Source: Armatimonadota bacterium (GTDB lineage Bacteria > Armatimonadota > Zipacnadia > Zipacnadales > UBA5352). From it: a stretch of DNA of 15,648 bases. The notes beneath the pieces are model-generated. The model ran no database searches. It saw only the letters and a list, made by a program, of their open reading frames with translations, and was not told the origin of the DNA. The position numbers and the translations under genes are program-made. This document shows, piece after piece, positions 1 to 7,271 of this stretch; position 1 is the stretch's first letter; each line of letters begins with the position of its first letter. The DNA is taken from the NCBI GenBank assembly GCA_034722055.1, contig JAYENL010000012.1, positions 1 through 15,648 on the forward strand. Direction: 5' to 3'.

Positions 1-122
1 GCGGGCCTTCGGCCCGCGTCGGGCGTAGGCACGCCCGACCTCCGCACGACACGGCCCGCGGGCGTGGCCGCCCGACCTCAGCCCGCCAGCGGTTGCCGTT
101 CGGAGCGACCGGCCACCGATCA
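1..122. repeat. REP-like hairpin cluster
   Basis: Hairpins at 1-17 (cTTCGg loop), 18-39 (gtcgggcgt-aggc-acgcccgac followed by ctcc) and 59-74 (followed by acctc), plus a degenerate GGAG-hairpin at 102-122. Segments 11-42 and 53-79 are imperfect direct repeats. Confidence 0.65.
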
Positions 123-133
123 GCGCCCAGCCT

Positions 134-1567
134 CTACCCGCCTGGCGTCCACATCCGCCGGTGCGCGAGGTCCGAGACAAGCGTGGCCTCCGGCGCCCAG
201 GTGCGGACCCACACGTCCGCCGCCCGGCCTGGCGGCGTCCACGGGACGCTGGCCTGGCGCACGCCGAACGCCAGGCTCTTCGCCTTCTCCGGCGGGAGCT
301 CCTCGAACCCCTTGCGCCAGCCCCGCGGGGCATGCAGAAGCGGCACGTCCACACGCCCGATCAGGCTCCCGCCGCGGTCGGGGTGTCCCCGATAGAAGGC
401 CACGGCCACGTCCCGCGCGTCCATGCCGCCGATGTTGTGCACGTTCGCGCACAGACGGCCCGGCCGGCCGGGGACGAACTGAAGGTCCCACTCCCGGACC
501 ATGAGGCAGGGGCGGAGGAAGTACTCCACCGCGGCCTCGTCGGCCGTCCGCAGCACCTCCGGATCCACGCGCTCGGGGCCGGCGTACCGGAACCAGGCCA
601 TGCCCGGCATCTCCGGCGCCACCAGGCGGATGTGCTCCACCGACCGCCGCACCTCCGCCTCGGTCACGCCCCCGTAGGCGTCGGTAATCCCCAGGCCGAT
701 GACGCATTTCTCCAGCACGTCCATCCGCCGGGCCATGCGCACGCGCTGGTCGATGTAGTCATAGAAGCTGTGGGTATTGAAGGCCCCGCGGACGTACTGC
801 CGATAGGCCTCCAGCATCACCAGGTCAGCGTGCTGGCGGTAGGCGTTGGCGGCCATGGCGGTCAGCGAGCCGGCGTTCCAGACCGCGAGGAAGGCCTCCG
901 GCGCGCCCGCCTTGAAGCCGCCGAGCGCCTCCAGGGCCCGGCCCGCCCGCTGCTCGGCCGCCGGCAGGCGGTCGTAGGCCCCGATCTCGTCGATGGCGAT
1001 GCCGTCAGCATCGCCAAACTGCAGCCAGTACTGGGCCATGTCACGGTCCGCCGCCAGCTTCGCGCCCTTCCACGCGAGCTGCAGCACTCCGCGGTCGCGC
1101 CACATGCGCTGCAGCTCCGGCTCCTTCGGCAGCGGGGTGATGGCCGTGGCCCAGCGCAGCTCCGGCCCGCTGCCATACCACACGAAGTGCAGTGGCCGGT
1201 GGACGACCGGGATGGTCCTCTCGACCTGCACCACCTCGCCGCCGAGTCGTGCACCCGCCAGCACATGGTGAAACCCATCAGTCCGCGGCGTCCACGACAC
1301 GGTCGCCAGCAGGCTGCCATCCTCCTGGGGCGCTGCCTCGAACGCCCCCAGGTCGGTGTGCACCGAGCCCACGGTGACCGAGAAGTCGATGCTCAGCGCG
1401 CCCGGCACCGCCTCGCCGGTACATCGGGCGCCAAGCATCACCTCCTCGCCCACAACGGGGATCGCGCGCGAGGTGGTGACCGTAAGCTCAGCCGCAGACG
1501 CGGACGTTGCAGCGACCATCAGCAGGCAGACGGCAGTCAGTGCTGTCTGTTGCACCCCTGATTCCAC
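134..1567 (-). CDS. Secreted hypothetical protein (signal peptide, Ig-like N-domain, putative TIM-barrel/glycoside-hydrolase-like core, C-terminal CARDB-like domain)
   Basis: 477-aa ORF with a GTG start preceded by GGAGG. N-terminal signal peptide (LTAVCLLMVAATSASA). Central DGIAIDE motif. The C-terminal ANVHNIGGMDARDVAVAFYRGHPDRGGSLIG resembles a CARDB strand pattern. Lies 37 bp downstream of the lyase-like gene. Confidence 0.75.
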   Translation of the reverse strand: MESGVQQTALTAVCLLMVAATSASAAELTVTTSRAIPVVGEEVMLGARCTGEAVPGALSIDFSVTVGSVHTDLGAFEAAPQEDGSLLATVSWTPRTDGFHHVLAGARLGGEVVQVERTIPVVHRPLHFVWYGSGPELRWATAITPLPKEPELQRMWRDRGVLQLAWKGAKLAADRDMAQYWLQFGDADGIAIDEIGAYDRLPAAEQRAGRALEALGGFKAGAPEAFLAVWNAGSLTAMAANAYRQHADLVMLEAYRQYVRGAFNTHSFYDYIDQRVRMARRMDVLEKCVIGLGITDAYGGVTEAEVRRSVEHIRLVAPEMPGMAWFRYAGPERVDPEVLRTADEAAVEYFLRPCLMVREWDLQFVPGRPGRLCANVHNIGGMDARDVAVAFYRGHPDRGGSLIGRVDVPLLHAPRGWRKGFEELPPEKAKSLAFGVRQASVPWTPPGRAADVWVRTWAPEATLVSDLAHRRMWTPGG

Positions 1568-1604
1568 CGCTCTCGCCTCCAGGGACGTGGCATGAAGTCG
1601 GTGG

Positions 1605-4286
1605 TCAGTCCCTCACCAGCGAGGCTGCCAGCGGAATGACGAAGGTGTTCGTACCGGTGAACTCGCGCCCCGGGAAGTAGACCTCGCGGGTGGTATCGCC
1701 ATCGATGCGCAGCCCGTGGTCCATCGCCAGGACGATGACGCTTCCCCCCTCACGCTGCTCTACGCGATCGATCTCGTAGCCGTGCGTGTGGCCGTCAGCG
1801 TGCGTGACGATCAGCCAGTGACCGTGCAGCTCGTCGCCCTCCGGCAGCTCTGCGTCGGTGAGGAAGGTGTCGGCCTCTGCGCCGTCGGCGACCCGGCTGG
1901 CGGCCGTGATCCGCCCCTCGTAGCGCGCTGCAGATGCGATCAGCGAGGCGTCGCCGCACTGCAGCGACCGGCCCTCGAACAGCCACATGTGCGTCACCTG
2001 GCCGTTGGCCTGTCGGACGATGCCGACGCGCCCCGTCATCCGAACGCCACCGGCGGCCAGCTCGGCGTAGGGCGGCTCGGCGAGCGTCGCCAGGATGGTG
2101 TCCACGGCATCGTCATGATACACCTGAAGCGCAACGGCATCGGCGCCATCGACCTGGAGGCGGCTCACGCGCTCGACCACGGGAGCGCCGGCGAAGGGCG
2201 CCTCCACCACCGCGAAGAGCGACTCCAGCGGCTCATCGCCCTCACCGGTGCGCCGCAGCACGAGCTGCGGCATCCAGAAGTCGAAGGCCTGCTGGGAGTC
2301 CCGCCCGGCCCTGCGCACGGAGGGACTGCGGCCGAGCAGGACCTCGGCGTCCTCAAGCCCCGGAGCGTGGATCGCGACGCCGGTGTCCGCCTGCTCAGCG
2401 TAGGTGAAGGTGACCACCGCATCGCCCCCCGGGGACCCAGCGCTGACGTCGCGAATAGCTCCGTAGGGGATGAAGCGCGAGCCCTCGGTCCTGGGCTCCT
2501 CCCACTGCTCGTCCTCCGCCAGCAGGTTCGCACGGCCCTGCGGCAGCTCCACGCTGCAGGTCGCATTCATGTCCTCATCGGCGTCGCCGTGCGCCAGCCA
2601 GTCGTGGGTCCGCCCGCCCCTCACGGCAAAGAGGTCCACCACGTAGGCGTCCTCGGCCGACACGGGCACCAGCACCAGCATCCGGCGATAGGCCCCCAGG
2701 TCCTCGACCTCCCGGTAGGCCCGCATGCCGTCGGCCTCGACCATCGAGGCGCCCGCCACATCCGGGAAGAAGCGCAGCAGGTCGCCCTCCGAGCCGCCGC
2801 CCACCTGGTCCTTGCGATCGATGGCCACCAGGTTGTGCCCCATGGTCGAGATCGTCCAGTAGCGGGCCCGGGTGTGGGTGTAGCCCAGGTCGCAGAGCAT
2901 CTCGCGGCCCTTAGCGTACAGCGAGAGGGTAAGGTTATCCAGGTGCGTGTGGCCGTAGCCGCCGGAGAAGTGCAGTTGCGCCTGCATCTGGCTCGGGCCG
3001 GAGCCGCGGCCGAGCGAGGCGTGGCCGTAGCCGGGCAGGATCGTGGAGCGCGTCGTCTGCCGCGGCTCGCTTCGTCTCTGGTTCGGCCACGTGTCGTGCA
3101 CCGGCGTGGACGTGCCGTCGGGCAGGGACACGATCGCGAACGCGTCTCGGGCCCTGGCGAAGAAGGGCAGGTCCTCCTCCAGCGAGAGGTCGTCAAAGCG
3201 CGTGCCATCCACCTCGTCCACGTATCCCTCGGGGTCCGAGTAGCCCTGCAGGGCGTCGAAGACACGCTGCAGGCCGCCCATCACCTGGTAGTGATAGGAC
3301 GGCGCCTCCCGCCAGGTCCCGTCATAGAAGCAGCCGCCGCGCAGGATCTCCAGCGCCCAGTGATGCGCCCAGTGCACGTATCGCGGCTCCCCCATCACGC
3401 GGCCCATGTGCGCGGCAGTGCGAAGGTAGAACGGGGCCATGTTCCCCGTGTGCCGCTCGAAGGTGTTCACGTACTCGAAGGTCGCGCGGAAGAAGTCGCG
3501 CTCCAGGCGCTCCCGCACGTCGTAGCCGCGCTGGGCCGAGAGGGCCTCGAACTGGTCGCTGTCGTAGACCATGTCGTAGGCCTCGATGACCCCGGAGGGC
3601 AGCTCGCTGGCCATCCACCTCCCCCACCTGCCGCCGGCGCCCATGTAGGGTGGCTCCTGGAAGTCCTGGAACCTGAAGGTGGTGATCCACTGCCGCATCG
3701 CCGGGTAGTGCGGATACACCTGCGCGATGCGGTCGAGGATCAGCACCGCCCGCCGGGCGTACTCGGGCCTGCCCGTTGCCAGCCACGCCCGGCCCAGCGC
3801 CTGGAGCTGCCCCAGGATCCACTGGCGCCGGTACATGAGGATGTGCCCGTCGATGAAGATGCGCAGGTCGTCGCGCTCCCGGTCCTGGTGATAGCGGTAG
3901 GTGACGGTCTCGCCGAGCGCGTTCTGGCCGGAGATGGTCTGGTCCTGCGGGAACTGCTCGTTGGGGTAGACCGTGCCGCAGTAGTTGCAGGTGATCTGCT
4001 CGGGGTTGTCGATGCTCCAGGAGTAGACGCCCGAGCCCTGCGAGCCCCCGTGACAGTTCGGGCAGTAGCAGAACCGCACGAAGGGCTTTTCGGGCACGAA
4101 GGAGAGCATCTCCTCCTCGCTCATCGCCATGACCCGGTCCACGGCCTCCTCGTACTGCTCGGCCCTCGCGGGATCCACGCCATGGTCCAGCACGGGGTGT
4201 TCGGCGGCCATCGCCCGGCCTCCGTACGCCAGCATCGCGCACGCGATACTCATCAGGCACAGCGTCAGCACTTCGGGTCCGCGCAT
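1605..4286 (-). CDS. Secreted heparinase II/III-like polysaccharide lyase family protein
   Basis: Long ORF (track 1605..4295). The ATG at 4286 is preferred because GAGGTG lies 6 nt upstream. Signal peptide ending ..AMA-AE. Motifs EAPSYH, GHTHLDNL, DLGY, HNLVAID and YVVDLF are typical of Hepar_II_III proteins. Confidence 0.8.
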   Translation of the reverse strand: MRGPEVLTLCLMSIACAMLAYGGRAMAAEHPVLDHGVDPARAEQYEEAVDRVMAMSEEEMLSFVPEKPFVRFCYCPNCHGGSQGSGVYSWSIDNPEQITCNYCGTVYPNEQFPQDQTISGQNALGETVTYRYHQDRERDDLRIFIDGHILMYRRQWILGQLQALGRAWLATGRPEYARRAVLILDRIAQVYPHYPAMRQWITTFRFQDFQEPPYMGAGGRWGRWMASELPSGVIEAYDMVYDSDQFEALSAQRGYDVRERLERDFFRATFEYVNTFERHTGNMAPFYLRTAAHMGRVMGEPRYVHWAHHWALEILRGGCFYDGTWREAPSYHYQVMGGLQRVFDALQGYSDPEGYVDEVDGTRFDDLSLEEDLPFFARARDAFAIVSLPDGTSTPVHDTWPNQRRSEPRQTTRSTILPGYGHASLGRGSGPSQMQAQLHFSGGYGHTHLDNLTLSLYAKGREMLCDLGYTHTRARYWTISTMGHNLVAIDRKDQVGGGSEGDLLRFFPDVAGASMVEADGMRAYREVEDLGAYRRMLVLVPVSAEDAYVVDLFAVRGGRTHDWLAHGDADEDMNATCSVELPQGRANLLAEDEQWEEPRTEGSRFIPYGAIRDVSAGSPGGDAVVTFTYAEQADTGVAIHAPGLEDAEVLLGRSPSVRRAGRDSQQAFDFWMPQLVLRRTGEGDEPLESLFAVVEAPFAGAPVVERVSRLQVDGADAVALQVYHDDAVDTILATLAEPPYAELAAGGVRMTGRVGIVRQANGQVTHMWLFEGRSLQCGDASLIASAARYEGRITAASRVADGAEADTFLTDAELPEGDELHGHWLIVTHADGHTHGYEIDRVEQREGGSVIVLAMDHGLRIDGDTTREVYFPGREFTGTNTFVIPLAASLVRD

Positions 4287-4577
4287 CTCAAGCACCTCAA
4301 TCGCTCTTCTCCAGTCCCGTCGTTGCCCCGATCACCTGTGTTGGCCGTCGCCGTTATCCTGTCTGGCCCGCAGGGCCGGAATCCTGTCCATCCTGTTCCC
4401 CTGCCTTTGCCGTGAGCGGTTCCGCCTCGGCAGGGCCGCCGCTGTTGCCTTCTCTCGCAGGGTCCAGCGGACCTCCAGGCTCAGGTTCCGCCGAAGAGTC
4501 CTCTGCGCGCTGTGTAACCTCGAGCCGCAGGTCGTGGAATACGAGTCAATCAGAGACTGATTCCAACAGGAGGTGGC

Positions 4578-5132
4578 GTGACAATGAGGATGCCAATGGT
4601 GGCTGTCGGAATGTGTGCGCTCGTGTGCCTGACCCTTGTGAGCCTTGCACCGCCTGATGCCTCTGCCGCTGGCCCGACCTTGGCGGTCAAGAGAGGCCCT
4701 GACCTGGTGGTGCAGGAGATCATCATCCGCGAGGAGGGAACGGAGGAGTTCCACAACGTGCGCGTCAGTGTGCGAGTTCGGAACGTCGGCGGCGCCAACG
4801 CGGGGCGGAGCATGACCGCGCTGATCTACTCGGACAACGCGACCGCAGGAGCCACGGTCTTCACGGAGCCAACTCCCGGCATTCGTGCCGGCGGGCATCA
4901 CGAGGTGGAGTTCCTGATCGAGGGTATCGCAGGGAGGTTCAGCGGGATGCTGCTTGCGGTGGCTGACGCGCCGGTCGGCGCCAGCCCAACCGGGCAGGTC
5001 ACTGAGGGAGCCCCGAGCCTGACCATGGCTGTCCTCACGACCAGGACCGACAGCAACAACACCTTCGGCGTCATCTGCAGCACCGAGGGCAGGACGCCGC
5101 CGATCCGCTATCAGAACCCCGCGTACAAGTGA
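4578..5132 (+). CDS. Small secreted CARDB-like (Ig-fold) protein
   Basis: AGGAGGT RBS at 4568-4574 just before the start. Hydrophobic signal peptide. GPDLVV...VRVRNVGGANA...LAVAD...V.E...SNN matches the CARDB pattern. Confidence 0.75.
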   Translation: MTMRMPMVAVGMCALVCLTLVSLAPPDASAAGPTLAVKRGPDLVVQEIIIREEGTEEFHNVRVSVRVRNVGGANAGRSMTALIYSDNATAGATVFTEPTPGIRAGGHHEVEFLIEGIAGRFSGMLLAVADAPVGASPTGQVTEGAPSLTMAVLTTRTDSNNTFGVICSTEGRTPPIRYQNPAYK

Positions 5133-5164
5133 CCGGCTGCTCGCGGCGTCAGGCTCATTGCAAC

Positions 5165-5194
5165 TGCGGGCCGGGGAGCGCTCCCCGGCCCGCA
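5165..5194. terminator. Perfect 30-bp palindrome between convergent genes; probable bidirectional terminator hairpin
   Basis: tgcgggccggggagc|gctccccggcccgca is exactly self-complementary and lies between the stops at 5132 (+) and 5220 (-). There is no strong U-tract. Confidence 0.6.
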
Positions 5195-5219
5195 TCCACG
5201 CGATTGTGTTGCCTTGCCG

Positions 5220-6920
5220 TCAGTCGCCGCAGATCGGCAGGATCAGCCGTGACGGGTGCTCGCATGAGTGAAGGACCATCTGCTGCGCGGGGATCATCTC
5301 CATCTCCGCCAGGTCATCGCCGCCCGTGTTGTGATTGCGGTCGTGGTTGGGGAAGTCGGCGGAGCAGATCTCCAGCCGGATGCGATGGCCCTCCCGGAAC
5401 CGGCAGGCCGTGGGGCCGAGGTTGATGCGCAGCTCCACGACCTCGCCCGGCTCGACCAGCTCCTCCTCCGCCCACGAGTTGCGATGCCGCACGCGGACCA
5501 TCCCGTAGCAGATCTCCAGCGCCATGCCATCCGGGTCCTCGTCCACCAGCCGCGCGAAGAAGTCTGTGTCCGGCGCCGAGGAGGAGGCGTAGAGCACCAC
5601 CTCCGGGTGGCCCACGATCTCCACCTCCTCCGCCAGCGGCTCGGTGCAGTAGTAGAGGATGTCGTCGCGGTACTCCAGCCTTTGGCGGTCGCTGGGCAGC
5701 GTGAACAGCTTCACCGTCCACAGCGTGGGCGTGGGGTCGCGCGGGTCATAAGTGTACTCGTCCGCCGGCTCGTCGGCCGGCTCCTCGCGCGAGAGCGCCC
5801 CACACTCGTCCACCGGGTTGGCCGTCCCGTCGCTGTGCAGGAAGTACTCCGTCGGCGTGGTGCCCGGCGGCGGCCAGGTCTCGGCTGACTTCCACTCGCC
5901 CGACCCCATCACCATGTAGCGCAGCGGCGGCTCCCTGTCCACGCCGTTGTCGATGCCCTTCAGCCAGTGGTCGAACCAGCGGATGATGATGTCCGTGATA
6001 TCGAACTCCGCGGCGGCGCCGAAGTCGATGTCGCCGAACTTACGCTGGCCAAAGCCCCCGTGGTTGTAGGGGCCGAGGATGAGCTTGCTCTGCTCGCGCG
6101 CCAGCTCTGTGGCGGCGTTGCGCTGCATGCCAGGGAGGTGCCAGATGGTGTCATTGCAGTGGTCGAAGTAGCCGGAGAAGTCCAGGTTGGGCACCTGGAC
6201 CCTGGCGTGCTTCTCGCCGAAGCGCCAGCGCGGCCGAGCCGGGTCATCCAGCCAGTTGCGGGCGTAGGTCGCCAGCGGCTCGGGCATGTGCCGCGGCAGG
6301 TCCTTCCAGGGCAGATAGCCCAGCCACAGATTCTGCTCCACCTCCTCGAACAGCTTCGACGCCTCGGCGGGGGTATGCGGCGGGCCCAGGCCGGCGCGCT
6401 TGCGCAGGTCCGGGGCCACGGTGGTCAGCCACCACTTCACGCGCCGCCCCGGCCGGAACGCCCCCCACCAGTCCACGCTGGTCAGCTCCAGCGGGATGGT
6501 ATAGGCGCACATGGCCCTAAGCGACGGTGGCTGCTCGGCGGCGGCCTCCCACTGCATCCAGGCATTGTAGGAGGCGCCGAAGGTGCCCACGATCCCGTTG
6601 CACCAGGGCTGGTCTGCGAGCCACTCGATGGTGTCGTAGCCGTCCTGGCCGTCGGGCGTCTCGTCCTCGCTGAAGAGCACGAACTCGCCATCGGAGGCGT
6701 AGCGCCCGCGGGTGTCCTGGCACATGACGGCGTAGCCGGCGCGCAGGTAGCGGTCGAATCTCCGGTCGCCCTTCCCGTAGGGCGTGCGCATCAGCAGCGC
6801 CGGGACCTTCGCCGCGCCCTGCGGTCGATACAGATTCCCCCGCAGGATCACCCCGTCCCGCATGGGGACCTCGACGTCCCTCTCCTCGACAATGCCCATC
6901 AGCCCGCTCTGCTCGCCCAT
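5220..6920 (-). CDS. CocE/NonD family hydrolase (peptidase S15-like alpha/beta hydrolase)
   Basis: Motifs VPMRDG, LMRTPY, QDTRGRYASDG, nucleophile elbow GASY, GPYNH, and C-terminal DTDFFARLVD / GHRIRLEI..DFP..DRN. The ATG at 6920 has AGGAGG 10 nt upstream. Confidence 0.92.
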   Translation of the reverse strand: MGEQSGLMGIVEERDVEVPMRDGVILRGNLYRPQGAAKVPALLMRTPYGKGDRRFDRYLRAGYAVMCQDTRGRYASDGEFVLFSEDETPDGQDGYDTIEWLADQPWCNGIVGTFGASYNAWMQWEAAAEQPPSLRAMCAYTIPLELTSVDWWGAFRPGRRVKWWLTTVAPDLRKRAGLGPPHTPAEASKLFEEVEQNLWLGYLPWKDLPRHMPEPLATYARNWLDDPARPRWRFGEKHARVQVPNLDFSGYFDHCNDTIWHLPGMQRNAATELAREQSKLILGPYNHGGFGQRKFGDIDFGAAAEFDITDIIIRWFDHWLKGIDNGVDREPPLRYMVMGSGEWKSAETWPPPGTTPTEYFLHSDGTANPVDECGALSREEPADEPADEYTYDPRDPTPTLWTVKLFTLPSDRQRLEYRDDILYYCTEPLAEEVEIVGHPEVVLYASSSAPDTDFFARLVDEDPDGMALEICYGMVRVRHRNSWAEEELVEPGEVVELRINLGPTACRFREGHRIRLEICSADFPNHDRNHNTGGDDLAEMEMIPAQQMVLHSCEHPSRLILPICGD

Positions 6921-6967
6921 GTGCCTGTGCCCTCCTGGTGGTGTCGGCATGTCGGCGTCTCCCGCAG

Positions 6968-7271
6968 CAGCCGTTGTCGGTGCCGTCGGGAGCGACGCTG
7001 GAACGGCGTCGGGCTGGAAGCCCGACCTACGCGGTAGGTGGCACGCGGAGTGGTGCTGTTGGACGTCTCTGCCTTTGTCTGTCGTTCTCTGCCATTCCGA
7101 GCCTCACCCCCTGCCCGACTGCGTCGGGCATCCCCCCTCTCCGTTCCGGATGAGGGGGAGGACGGCGTCGTTGTCCAGTCGTCTGGAGGGACGGGACTAC
7201 GCTCCCGCCCGGCCGTTGTCGTCCGCCGTCAGCCGTTGCCGTCCGGAGCGGCGGTGTCTTCAGACCCGCCG
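6968..7271. repeat. REP-like hairpin cluster between folC and the CocE hydrolase
   Basis: Minus-strand GTAG-GTCGGGCT-TCC-AGCCCGAC at 7030-7008. Plus-strand GGAG+palindrome units at 6989-7011, 7185-7210 and 7245-7271. Further hairpins at 7112-7130 and 7133-7158. Linkers are gccgtt-rich. Confidence 0.7.

Noticed and set aside
1716..4415. 899-aa + strand ORF, and similar long antisense ORFs at 161-1561, 5967-7037, 7625-8845, 9967-11490 and 13396-15366
   Set aside because: These are antisense shadows of real minus-strand genes in high-GC DNA. They have no recognisable motifs, and their composition mirrors the opposite-strand codon bias.
4332..5195. 287-aa minus-strand ORF
   Set aside because: It is antisense to the CARDB-like gene, which has an RBS, signal peptide and domain pattern. 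The product is Arg-rich with no motif.
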